Source: Tubulanus polymorphus
Lineage: Eukaryota; Animalia; Nemertea
Reading direction: 5' to 3'
DNA: 64,000 nt
Assembly: GCF_964204645.1 (NCBI RefSeq)
Contig: NC_134026.1
Span: forward strand, 17,332,150-17,396,149
The stretch's first letter is position 1; the number at the start of each line of letters is the position of its first letter. Shown piece after piece: positions 23,810 to 36,609 of this stretch. A program made the translations under genes and the position numbers. The notes under the pieces were generated by a model that was not told where the DNA came from, did no database searches, and saw nothing but the letters and a program-made list of their open reading frames with translations.

Positions 23810-24520
23810 CAAAGAACACGCATTACAAGTTGAAATGAAAAATGGCAAACCAGTAGGAAGCTACAGGACTCAGAATTCAGGCCAAAATTGACATTTTTGG
23901 GCACAAAAAAGGTCACAGGACGGCCATCTTGAGTCCGATCAAACCAATTTTTCTCATGCTGATGGGCCTTGGGGGATAAAAATATATCCGAAAGATCAAG
24001 GTAATTGATAAAAGTTTCTTCAAAATTTCCCTCAAAAATGTGTAAAAAAATGCTGATTTTGACGAACAACAATGGCTGGCAGTCGGCCATCTTGATTCTG
24101 ACAGGGCCAGTTTTTGGGCTGAAGATGTGTCTTGGGTAGATACATGTGTACCCAAATATAAAGACATTACATTGAAGCATCTTCAAAACTTCCCAAAATA
24201 ACTGGATTGCGTCTACGTCCAAGATGGCTGCCAATTGTGTGATAATTGGCTGATCAAAAAACCTGTCTCAGCAGACTCAGGTATTAAAGATCACGTTTCG
24301 AAGAATACCCATCACAAGTTGAAATGAAGAATGGCAAACCAGTAGGAAGCTACAGGACTCAGAATTCGGGCCAAAATTGACATTTTTGGGCACAAAAAAA
24401 GTCATAGTCATCTTGATTCTGATCGAACCAATTTTTTTTAAGCTTGGAGAATTCAAATATATATGACAGATCAAGGTAATTGATCAAAGCGTCTTAAAAA
24501 TTTCCCTCAAAAACTTCAAT
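23810..24520 (+). mobile_element. HINE family B core, partially tandem-duplicated
   Basis: aatggcaaaccagtaggaagctacaggactcagaattc at ~23842 and ~24330; matches 41990-42390. Confidence 0.85.
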
Positions 24521-24521
24521 T

Positions 24522-25096
24522 AATTGCCCATAGGCAAAGTGTGGTTTACCTTGAAAAAGGTTGACGCTGTTTAGGGCAAGGGCATTGCTTGAAAAATCTT
24601 TTTAATCCGTGACTTCAAAGTTCTATAAGTTTATTTTGTATTTTATCTTTCTCAAAGAATTATTTATCATATGAGACCAAAGATATACATCTGTTTACGG
24701 TGACACATCCAAAATTTCGTAGGGTACAGGTAGGCAAGGGAAACTATTTCATATTTTGAAAAAATACTTTTCACAAGATGAAAAAATACTAAAATAAAAT
24801 TCATATGTCACCATTCAGAGGGTGGCTGAATATTGAGTCTTGGAAACCTCCTCCAATGTATGGCCGCGGAAGCTTAATTACCGGTACTGTAAAATAGTGG
24901 CGTATGTAAGTAGATCGTTTAAAAACTTTTTACCACATCCTGGATTTTAATATATTATATTCTCACCAGCAATGAGCATTTGGAATTCACACGTTTACGG
25001 CTCCTAGTTCGATCAAACGTTCGCTATTAATGGCTTTCCCATAATTATTTTAGTAGCGCCAGAATTCCCTGTATATCCCAGAAACAGCCAATCACA
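24522..25096 (+). repeat. Family A repeat copy
   Basis: aattgcccataggcaaagtgtggtttacc...cagccaatcaca matches 7068-7975 with an internal deletion. Confidence 0.85.
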
Positions 25097-27515
25097 ATGA
25101 CAACGAAACAAGACAGATCTTTTTCGTTGAATAAGAGCAACACCTAATTATCAATATCTGGTCACTCAATATGAAGAGAATCGTTTGAACCGTTGGAGTT
25201 TGTTCATTATTCAGGAAAACTGTATTCCCGTCCGAAGGTTGCACAGGTCCTTGGATAAAAAATAAGTTTTGATTGAGGGTAACTCATACCCATTCAAATT
25301 TTATTGTTAGGAGATACCTTAGTAGAGGATATTGATACAAAAGAATTGCAATAAAATGAAATTAATTCCGATTTTCAATAACAATCCTAATTGTAATGCC
25401 CTCAGAAATCAAGCACTTTCATAAAGTTGCACAAGGTATATGGACAAATTGATTCTGTACGAGAAAATTCTCTGATTTTTGTGAAGTTAGTTTTAAAGAC
25501 TAATAATTGAATTCAAAATAACTTATTACCCTGATGAATCGTTTTGTTAGAAAGAGTATAACAATGTGAAAAGTTCTAGCATCCTATTTGTTAATTTTGA
25601 TTGAAATCATAGAGTAAATCTTATCTTATAAATGACGAGTGACTGTTTCCACGAACTTGATATAAGCATTGCAACTGACTATACTCAGAACAAATGTTTG
25701 ACCACCTATTTGGGGAATACTTCTACTTCAAATTATATCAAATTGAATGAAAATTAGGTTTGAACTGTAGGTAAGTTTCGAACGGATCAAATATAAGCCA
25801 GAACACGGATAAGATTCATACGGTTATGTAGAAATTGTTCATATACATTTTCTAAGACAACGAAATAAGGCAGATCTTTTTCTATGAATAGGAGCAATAC
25901 AAAATCTGGCCACTCAATATGAGGAGAATTGTTTGAACCGTTCGAATCCGAAGGTTGCACAAGTCCTTGGAATAAAAATAAGTTTTGATTAAGGGTAACT
26001 CATACCCACATCCCGGCACATCCCCGGAAATTCGTCGCGTGGAGGTCCAAGACCCTTGGTATGGTCACACCAAAAAAAATTCTGCTCTGCGAATAAAACA
26101 AGGGTCCTTTTTTAAGCATCCTACCCTTAGATTTGATCTTCCCCTATCTAAAAAAAATATAGAGAGTGCTAAGAGCATTCTAAAGGTCGCCCAAGAAGTA
26201 AAAAGGGGGTAGCTTTTCAGCTCTCAATCTCCCAACACTCATTTTTGCGGTTTTGGCAGGGGCCCCCAGGCTCAACGGACCCAACCTCAAAGGTTTTAAT
26301 GGTTCTATTCGTACAAAAGGACCCCTTCTAAATACCTGAGAAATTTCAGAGCCCTAGGCCTTCTCTAAAGGGTCCTCCAACCCCCCGCCCCCGAAAAGTG
26401 GTTGCGTGGCAAAATCACCCTAACAATCCTTATTGTAAAACCCTCAGAAATTAAGCATTAATTGCATAAAATTGCACAAGGTCTATGGACAAATGGAATC
26501 TGTAAAAGAAAATTGTATGATTTTTGTGAAGTTACTTTTTATACACAAATAATTATGTTTAAAACAACTTATTACCCTGATGAATCGTTTTCCTTAGAAA
26601 GAATGAAACAATGTTAAAAGTTATAGCATTCATTGGTTAATTTCAATTAAAATCATGGGGTAAATCTTTATCTTTTATTTCAGGCATGACTGTTTCCACG
26701 AACTTTATAAAAGCCCTGCAACTGACTATACTCAGAACAAATGTTTGACCACCTTGACCACCTTTGGGAATTCTTCTACTTCAAATTATATCAAGTTGAA
26801 TAAAAATTTATTACATAGGTAAGTGTCGAACAGATCAAATATAAGCCTCGGTTATGTAAATATTTTGTCATATACATTTTCTAAGACAACGAAATTAGAC
26901 ATATCTTTTTCTATGAATAGGAGCAACACCTTATATCAAAATCTGGTCACTCAATATAAAGAGAATTGTTCGAACCGTTTGCATATTATTCAGGAAAACT
27001 GTATTCAGATATATCCGTCTGAGAGTTGCACAGGTCCTTCGATAAAAGGTTTTTAGGGTAACTCATACCCATACAAATTGAATTTTTTGAGATACTGAAT
27101 AGAGGATCTGATCATTTAAACCAAATAGAATTTTTTGGATTGAAGTTTGCATAATATTCATAAAAACTGCATCAGTCCTAGAGTTGCACAGGTCGTTGGA
27201 TAAGACACAAGCATTTTTAGGTATAATAACGACCATCAAAATCGTATTTTCTAGAGATGCCTTAATAGAGTATATTTATAGAGAAAAAAATGAAATGAAA
27301 TAAAATAAATTTTGTTATTCCAATTGCACTCCTACTTAGAAATTGATCAGAATTTAAACAATCCCATAATGTTATAACCAATCCCATAATGTTATAACAG
27401 GTTTCTTACATTTTTGTACAGTTTGTTTTTATAGACAGGTGATTAAATTCAGAACATTTTACTACCCTGATGAATCATTAACAAGTAATAGCATTCTATC
27501 GGATAATTCTAATTG
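25097..27515 (+). repeat. Diverged tandem repeat with ~760-bp unit (~3 units; ~410-bp insertion at ~26010-26420)
   Basis: gacaacgaaa..atctttt..gaata.gagcaa at ~25099, 25856, 26885; gcaactgactatactcagaacaaatgtttgaccac at ~25671 and 26718. Confidence 0.8.
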
Positions 27516-27516
27516 A

Positions 27517-27822
27517 AAATATAGCTGCAAAGCAGCGATAACGGGTTTTTTGCTGTCTTAGAATCCTGTTCATCGGTGGATTTCGACAAAGCATTTGATA
27601 AGGCACAACATCAGCCATTACTAACTAAACAGGCTATTAGGAAACAGTATCAATGATAAGTCGCCCAAATGGCTCAGCAGTTATCTCTGAACGAAAACTT
27701 ATAGCCAAAATCAATGGTACGCCTCATCTTGGAATAAGTCGGTCTAACTAGTGGAGTCACGCTAGGTAGTCTACTGTTTAATGTCCTGACAAATGACATA
27801 CACAGTAATCCAAAATATACCG
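27517..27822 (+). mobile_element. Second copy of the RT-fragment-carrying repeat
   Basis: atagctgcaaagcagcgata, ggatttcgacaaagcatttgataagg, actagtggagt..ggtagt, cagtaatccaaaat.taccg as at 9105-9560. Confidence 0.65.
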
Positions 27823-27890
27823 CAAATCAATTGTGACAAAGTATTGATATGTGATAAAAGGTCGCGACGGTTTTGTACGGGTCCCATATA

Positions 27891-28304
27891 TACGGAAGTA
27901 CGGAAGCGATAAAGGGCCTCGAGTTGTCGCGTTCCAACTCGACAAAGTCGCCATATTTATGTCGACATATCGCGATATATCGCTTCAAGTCGACATGAAT
28001 ATGTCGATATGTTGTGACGTTTTGACGACATATTTCATTTTCTCAACCATTTTCCTCGCAACAATTCGACATATTCATGACGACTTGAAACTCAGTCGCC
28101 ATATTACTGGCGTCCTCATCTTACATTTCGACCTGTCTTCAAATGACGGCTTGTCCCGTGGAAAATGGGTGAAAAAGCGAAATTTGTCTTGAAAACGTCA
28201 CGATATGTCGACATATTCATATATCGACATAAATATAGCGACTTGTCGAGTTGGAACGCGACAACTCGAGGCCCTTTATCGCTTTTGACATATAAGCTTC
28301 CGTA
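27891..28304. mobile_element. MITE with ~110-bp TIRs
   Basis: agcgataaagggcctcgagttgtcgcgttccaactcgacaa and its reverse complement at ~28244-28283; tacggaagc/gcttccgta termini. Confidence 0.85.
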
Positions 28305-28514
28305 CATCTTTAGAAAAAGAAATAATATGTGATCTTTCATTAAGTAGGATCACTTGAATGATCGCTTTAATATCACTTAAAGAAAAAAAAAGAATCTGCC
28401 AAAATGACCTTAATATTCGACACTATATCAGATTAATCGACTTCAAAATAGGCGAAAGCATAAGTCTTTATTACGTTATCAATAGGCCTAATTATTCAAA
28501 AGCTAATAAAGTGG

Positions 28515-28652
28515 GCGACAAAACCAAAAAAATGAATTGTCGCGCGCAATAAAACCAAAATAATCAATTGTCGAGGGCGATAAAACCAAAATAATCAATT
28601 GTCGCTGGCGATAAAACCAAAATATTGAATTGTCGCGGGCGACAAAACCAAA
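28515..28652. repeat. Minisatellite, 31-32-bp unit, ~4.5 copies
   Basis: gcgataaaaccaaaataatcaattgtcg.gg repeated. Confidence 0.9.
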
Positions 28653-29970
28653 ACAAGAGCCCCAAGGGGCACAATGGCCAGCCCGTCAGATCTACTTTTT
28701 ATAAATGATGTAATCTGTGGGTTATATTTATCAATATACACTCCCTGCTCAATATCATTTACATAGTACAATCGTGTGTTGACACAGACAGCAGGAACGG
28801 ATGTAATATAGAAATACTAAGTTATTGTATTGTTCAACGCCCCCTGGCGGCCATATACAAAAACCAATGAGCTTGAAACTCACCAAGATCATAGACCATG
28901 TCATGAGCTACAACTTTCCAATTGATTGTGGTAGCAAAATATGCATAGTTACGAATGTAATATAGAAATACTAAGTTATTGTATTGTTCAACGCCCCCTG
29001 GTGGCCACAAACAAAAATCAATGAGCTTGAAACTCACCTCAATCATAGAACATGTCATGAGCTACAACTTTCCAATTGATTATGGTAGCAAAATATGCTT
29101 AAGTATCAATATGATGTGGGAAAAACTTTTTTTCCACCTACAAATGAGTACTGATGACCCCAAGAAGGCTGCCTATGCGTCATAATTGCCTGGTCAAAAA
29201 CACCCTCTCAGATCCCTTTCCAAAGAATACCCATTACAATTGCAATGAAAAATGGCACACCATTAAAAGCTATAGGACTCAGAATTCAGGCCAAAATTGA
29301 CATTTTTGGGAACAAAAAAGGTCACAGGACGGCCATCTTGAGTCCGATTTTTTCACATGCCGATGGGCCCTTGGGGGATACAAATATATACGAATGATCA
29401 AGGTTATTGATAAAAGTGTCTTCAAAATTTCCCTCGAAAACTTTAAAAATGTGTAAAAAGTGCTGATTTTGGCGAACAACAATGGCTGCCAGTTGGCCAT
29501 CTTAAATCTGACAGGGCCAGTTTTTGGCCTGAAGATGTGTCTAGGGTAATGTGTCTAGGTTTTACACGTATAAACCAAATATCAAGACATTACCTTGAAG
29601 CGTCTTCAAAACTTTGGAACTCTCACGAACTATCTAGATGGTTATCTCTCGACCTCAATTGCTTCAAGACCCATTTCAAAACAACTTTGTTCCATGCAGC
29701 ATACCATTAACTCTCGGAAAGCGAATAGGATTAAACATTCTTTGGCAGAATAAAATTTGATTGAATTTGCAATTCGAGCACATGGCTAATTAGCATATCA
29801 AGGTCATACACCTGATTTGGGAAAAGCCATTTTTTCGCGAACCTTGCACAATCGTCAAGGATGAATTTTCTGTAGAGCAAATAAAAATTCCTCCCAAACA
29901 CCAAATCAACTAGATTTCATAGAAATCGATCTTGAAATACAATTTTAAATCTTAAAATAAAACCCGGAAG
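28650..29970 (+). mobile_element. HINE family C copy containing a family B segment (28793-29615)
   Basis: Ends match 1367-1540 and 1716-1950; middle matches the family B array and core. Confidence 0.75.
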
Positions 29971-29990
29971 TAAAACAGTAGACGATACCG

Positions 29991-30923
29991 CGGTTGACGG
30001 TATATCCAGGACTGAAAAGTCACCTAGTGACCTTCACCTTAATATTCGGTTGCAATGAATTCTTATTTCTAAGGCCGTTTGACTGCACCAGTTTTGGCGG
30101 GACATTTTATGATTAGCCTAAGACATTATTTACTTAATGTACCTCCATACTGAATATATATGACGAAGTATAATTAATACTGCAATATAATGAACTAGAC
30201 CAATTATTAAGAATATATTTTCTGGTCCTCTGAAGTTTGTTGTAAAAAGGTTCCACTGTACTCACTTTATTTGAATGACTTGATAATTACAGCAATTTGG
30301 TTCGATTGAAATTGGAGGTGGGTGCAGGTGCCCCTACAAGGATGGTCAGAATGCATAATTTGTAAGCTTGGAATGAAATAATCAGCTGTAGCCTATGCTT
30401 TCATTTGTATTCAATATATACGATGTAACATTTGTAAAGAATGGGGACAAGAAAAGCATTTCTGTTTTTCAATTCAAGTGATTGTCTGAAATAAAGGATT
30501 TAAATTAAAGAAACTAGTATTGTGTTTTTCTTCCGGATTTTTTTCTCTATCCTCGTATAACGGACCAAACTTCAGTGCAGGAAAGCCAGTAATCTCTCCC
30601 ATAACTCCAATGATAAACAAGAAGGACATAGCTTTCTCATTTGTTTAAAATAGGAGCCGTGCAACCCGTCAAAAAGTCGTCTGCTCCAGTCCATACGTTT
30701 GTTGTCAAAATATATTGTCTGAATATATTTATTGCGCACACCTATTATACACTGTGTTTCATCAACCAGTTGATGTTGACAGATATCGGAAGAAGAAGAA
30801 TATCCCCCTAGCACGTGTATTTGTTTACAATAATATCTCGGAAGCGAGAAATACGTGTTGTAACCTGCGCAGATACATGCGCAATGTGAGGTGACTTTTC
30901 AGTCCTGGATATACCGTCAATCG
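29991..30923. mobile_element. Non-autonomous TIR element, unclassified
   Basis: ~35-bp TIR ttgacggtatatccaggactgaaaagtcacct / aggtgacttttcagtcctggatataccgtcaa; no TSD seen. Confidence 0.8.
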
Positions 30924-32194
30924 AAGGCCTATTGAATAACAACCCACCTAAATATTGTAAATTTTGTTTTGAAGTTCAATCCAATGAGTCCGTTAATAAA
31001 CGCAACAATTATACTGTGTTTGTTTGAGAGAGTAAAGCTCAGTACCGGTAGGCCTAAAGCCGCGTCGAACTCGATAAACACTTCAAGCGACACAGCGAAC
31101 GATCCCCTTTCCCCCACAGCGAACGCTTACTCCGAATGTCAAGTGTGAGTCCAGCATACGGAAAGGATTGTGTTATATACTTGTATTTAGTAAATACCTA
31201 GTGCATTTGACAATGATCGGTATGTACCGTAGGAAATATAGAGTATTGATGGTATTGATATAGAGGCTGAAGCCCGCGGCCGAATAAAGTAATATATTCT
31301 TTTATTTTGATTCCTCGTAGACATATCAGCTTTTCTCCGCTAGATCTCTTCCGCGTGTTTAGTTTAGGCTTACGATTCCCCGGTACACTAACGATTTATC
31401 TTAGTAAATAGACGGTTAATTCGGTAAAGAAAAATAGGTATTGTTAAACTAACTCCTTGAAGCCCGCAGCCAAATCACTGGTAGTAATAAATTAATTTGT
31501 ACTCGATTTGATTCTCATGATGAGGAGAAACTCGCAGCTGATCCCTGGAACGACGATGTAGTAACACATGTCGATTCGTCGATGTTTACTGCTCGACAGT
31601 GCTTTTAAAATCTAAAGTAGTAAATTTCCAGTGTATCGGTAATATGATTTGATGAGGAAAATGGGCTATTGTTAAAATCACTGTTTGAAGACCGCGGCTG
31701 AATGTGAAGTCTGCGGCAATAAGTTAGTTCATTTATACTTGAATTAATAATCGAAGTGACAATCGGCCTGCGGGTTGATTTCGGGGTGACGACTCGTAAA
31801 ACATGTCGCCCCATTGAATGGGGCTAAATTTTTTATGTTTACGGCCCGACTGAGAATTCGTCTGAGTCCTGAATTTAAATCATCAGAATATATACTTTAA
31901 AAGGGAAAATATTGCTCTTAATAGTCAGTAAATAACCAGTTTGCATGAACTCTAGACTATTTGTTGTTAAGTCACGAATCTTTGCATGTACACAGAGGAC
32001 TATAGTTTTTTGTAGAGGAGAGAGTAATTCATTTGAGTCCCCAATTTAAATCCTCAAAATCCCAGTAGATTCATTCATTTCTGGCAGTAGAAAGTGTTGG
32101 CATATGTGTGTGAGCACTATGTTGTTGTGTGTTACTATATAACTTACTAGCTGAATACCTGTCCAATGAACGTCGCATAAATGCAGAATCCTGT

Positions 32195-33627
32195 TATTTT
32201 TTTGCCAACGAAAATCATTCATTATGTTCACATGTTTAGAGTTCTTGGAACCAACCCCGTCTGACCTGTCAGTGGTAAAAACCCTATCATTCAAATAACT
32301 AACAGAAAATTCTGCCCCAGCCGTTTTTAGGCCCCTCCTCGTTCGATCTTTGTACTTTCTATATTGACCACACTACCTGTACGTTCATTTGAAAAGCCCC
32401 AACCAATTGCATGATTATGTTTAAATTGAGGGACTTTTAATTGAAAATTGCCGAGATAGTCGCTCGATCTGATATTAGGATTCTGTATTTTGTATTACTG
32501 TTTGACATTATTTTTTTGATATCTCTCATCTATACATACATTTTCTTAAGAGAGCTCCTGTCAGAATAGTACATACATTTTGCTTTGACCCCTTCCCCAT
32601 AGAAAGTTTTATTTTATTTGTTTACGGTATACCCTTCCCCAAAATCCGTATGCTCTCTTATAAAATTTACCACGAACGCATGCATCGGCAGCCCCTAGAG
32701 CCATTCCGAGAGGCTGCGTTTGGGCCTCCCTATCTGCCAGTAACCTATCTGTGGTATGGAACCATTCTGAAAAACTGCCCAATGGGCCTGTCCCCCTTCA
32801 AGAACCATTCTGAGACGCTGCGTATGAGCCGGCAACACGGTCAGAACATATCGCTAAGTCCAATCATATTAATTTTGATCCAAAGATTACGTGTGATGAA
32901 TGTCTTAACCAATGTTTTAAACAATGAGGTAAAAATCAGTGTTGAGAGAACTGTGTCATGTACTGTTCTGATGCTGCGTTGTGTATCTAAGTCGGTCAGG
33001 TCAGTAAATTACTGTAGTACTACTACAGAAGCATAGTACGGTACTGATATTTTTTGCTAACGAAAATCATTCATTTTAAATGGCCGGGAAATTAATCTAA
33101 TTGCTCCAAATGTTTAGAGTTCTTGGAACCAACCCCACACCTCCTCTACCCCGTCTGACCTGTCCGTGGTACAAAACCTATGCCCCAGCCGCTTTTAGGC
33201 CCCTCATCCTTGTTCGATCTTTGTACTTACTATATTGACCACACCACCCGTACGTCCATTTAAAAAGCCCCTCCTATCAACCAACGAATTGCATTATATT
33301 ATGCTTAAATTGTGGGACTACCATTAATCGAAAATTGCCGAGAGTCGCTGGACGATGATATTAGGATTCTGTATTTTGTATCACTGTTTGACATTATTTT
33401 TTTGATATCTCTCATTTATACACACATTTTCTTAAGAGAGCCCCTGTCAGAAAAGTACGTACATTTTTCTTTGACCTCCTCCCCGTACAAAGTTACTACA
33501 TTATTTGTTTACCCCTCCCCATAAACGTATGTACTATTCGAACGCTCTCTTATAAAATTTACCACGAACGCACGCAACCGCAGCCCCCGAGCCATCCTGA
33601 GGGGCTGCGTTTGGGCCTCCCTATCTG
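32195..33627. repeat. Two diverged direct copies of a ~550-bp sequence (32195-32736, 33048-33627)
   Basis: Collinear blocks from aacgaaaatcattcatt to gctgcgtttgggcctccctatctg. Confidence 0.9.
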
Positions 33628-34249
33628 TTGGAACATCGCTGAATCACTGAATCGCTGAAACGCTGATTATTATATCAATTTTGCTGATTCAACGCTGAAT
33701 CCAAATTCTACATATTCTAAAGAAAGTGTATTATTTGATCGATTCATTGATATATTTTGTTACATTCGTTAAAAATTCAGTTGGACTACGGTAACGGACG
33801 TATTTTGCAGAGAGCGGTAATGGCTTTCGGCTAACGTCATTGGTACTTCGATGTAGTCCTACAGCTTTAGTAGGGATTCGCTCGGGAAACCCGAGGTTCA
33901 GATATGATAGAAAAATATACAAAAAATCATGACGATTGAAAAATGTGCAGGGGCGGATCTAGGCCCAAATTCAAGGGGAGCACTCATTCAAGAGGGCACC
34001 TGTCCGGATTTGTATTACCACGGCGAGGCGAGCACCGAAGGTACGAAGCCACCAAGGGGTTTATAGAATCAGTTTAAAATTTGAAGCCCAGCTATCGGAG
34101 CATCTGAGGCATCAAAATAGCAAAAAATACCCTTGTCTGAATTTTAGGCAATAACAAACCACTTGTAGTATTTATTGCAATTTGAATGTGCCCCTTTTAG
34201 AATGTGATAGTTATTTAGTCATATTTTTGAGCCGACAATTTTTTTAGCC

Positions 34250-34992
34250 CTTTTCTGGGCGAGAAATATTTGTTTTCTCGCTATCGAATTTGTTTTCTCG
34301 CTTTAAGTTTTGTTTTGGCGGGGGGGGGGGGCGAGAAAGTAGGGCGTGTATGCCGTTACAATACAAGGTCAGTTCAGTTGAACATCTGACTGCCAATTGA
34401 TACGTGTGATATACATTGAATGTTGCGCGTATACCGAATTTTGCATTCTGAATTAGAGAAAAGGAAAGCTATATTAGGAGAGCAGTTGAATAACTAAGCA
34501 ACGTAGTATAGCTATGATATGTATGTATGGCTATCTAACTCACATTATTCAGTAGATTACCAAACTGGTGATGTTAAGTAGGCTGACCTGTCATCGCATC
34601 AATAAATCGACAAAAACAAACGATCGCTTTCTCAACCCCGCCAATTACAAATCTTAGAAAAGAAATCTTATAGCGAGAAAACAAATATCAACGTGAGAAA
34701 ACAAATATTAGCGCGAGAAAACAAATATTTAGCGTGAGAAAACAAAATAATTTTGTTTTCTCGTGCTAAATATTTGTTTTCTCGTGCTAATATTTGTTTT
34801 GGCGACCCCGCCAAAACAAAAGTTTGTTTTCTTGCCCCGCCAAAACAAATATTGGCGCGAGAAAACAAATTATTTTGTTTCCTCGCGCTAATATTTGTTT
34901 TCTCACGTTAATATTTGTTTTCTCGCTATCAATTTTGTTTTGAGATTTTAGTGCTCGAAAAATGTCGGCGTGACGCGAATCAGCCACCATAC
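34250..34992. mobile_element. MITE-like remnant with inverted gcgagaaaacaaatat arrays
   Basis: Arrays at 34255-34340 and 34670-34930; end cgaatcagccaccatac is the reverse complement of gtatggtggctgattcg at 49415. Confidence 0.6.
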
Positions 34993-34994
34993 AG

Positions 34995-36235
34995 GAGAGT
35001 TTGTCTCAACATCAATTTGTTTCGACAAATAACAAAACAACTTCACTTTGAATAGAAGCAGAACCTTTCAAAACCTGATTATCAAATGTGAACAGAATTT
35101 CTTGCAACTTAAAGCTTCATTAAAGATCTGTATTCACATGAATCAATCCTAAAAGATTCGAAGCAATAAATCCCCACCCAGATTCTATTTTCTAGAGATG
35201 TCTTCATTGAGTATTCATAGAGAATAATTTGGAATAATAAGATAGAACAAATTCTGATATTCTGTTAATACCCCTAGTTGAAAAACCACAAAAAGTTAAC
35301 ATACTGATTAAGTTTCATTAGGTCTATGGATGTATGAAAGTTTAACAGGGTCAATATAGAAAAGATCATACATTTTGTCCAGTTGGTTTTATTAGCCATA
35401 TTGACAATAGTTTTAAAAGGGTCTAAATTTGACCTCTCTGATTTAGAACAGACCATGGACTCTAAAACATTTTAGAGTCCATGAAAGGACCAGGCAGTCA
35501 TCTGTTCCAAGTTGGCCGGTTTCATTTTAGACCAAACCAATTTAGACTGAATGATCCAATCAAAAATTTAGAACGGACTGAATCTGCGTGCATGGACAGA
35601 AACAACCCAGGTTGGTTCTAAGTTCCGAGTCTCGGCGGTATGAATTTAATTTACTGGTCACCTGATCATCATCAAACTGATAAATATAGTTTTCAAATTC
35701 AATATCATTTTAATATAAGTGGAATGATGTTTATTGATCTTAAAATCTCTCAAGTGTGCTGGTCACTGAATATACGTCATCTTTACTTGATTTGAAAATA
35801 ACCTCGATTTACTATAGATTGTTGTGTCCAGGAAAATCCAGTCGTCAAATCTTTTCAATAAGAAAGAGTAATAAAATGTGAAAAATTTTAGCATTTTATA
35901 GGATACTTTAACTGAAATCATAACTAGTGGTCTCATGATTCATTGAGTGATTGTTGCCACAACTTTTATCAAAGCGCTGCAACTGACTACTCATAACAAA
36001 TGTTTGATCTCTTAACTAATAATTCTACTTCATATTAGGCCTATATTAGTTTGCATCCAGTTTTATATCATATACACATCAAAAAGTGTAGAACATCATA
36101 TATAAGCCTCAACACGGATTAGATTTATACAGTAATCTAGATAAATAGTTTGTCTTATCGATTTTGGATGACAAGGAAATCGATTATTCAATTCATGACA
36201 ATATTTTTGATTTGAACGAAGCAGAACCTTTGGCT
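34995..36235 (+). repeat. Further diverged unit(s) of the ~760-bp repeat
   Basis: gcaactgactactcata.acaaatgtttga, tataagcc.aacacggat.agatt as in 25670-25830. Confidence 0.55.
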
Positions 36236-36609
36236 AAACCTAGTTTCTCTAAGTGGTCGGAGCACTTTTGAAAACTGCAATAGTTTGCAATCAGTTCATT
36301 TCAGTGCTGGGTCTGTTGTGGTTAGCTTGATCACGATTATTTTTTTAAAGTATTTTACAGGGTAGATGGGTGGGTCAACTTTTAAGCTCAACAAGGTGTT
36401 ATTCTTTTGGCGTTATAATAAAACCTGACTGATCATGCAAATAGTGGATCATCTCTTAGTGGACAAAGTCGTTTCTTTTTCAAGTGAGATCGATTAATGT
36501 TTCATAAATCATTATGGATAAACTATCCACATATAGGCTATGTACGTATATGCAATATAAAAAATTTTTCTTGAGAAAAGAAAGTCTGCTAGGCAAACAA
36601 TACATAACA

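Noticed and set aside
23809-24234. Recurrent similar ORFs (KNWFDRTQDG..NVNFG) at 16557, 23809, 24277, 29279, 41954 suggesting a gene family
   Set aside because: All fall in the non-coding HINE family B core, and frames and stops differ among copies
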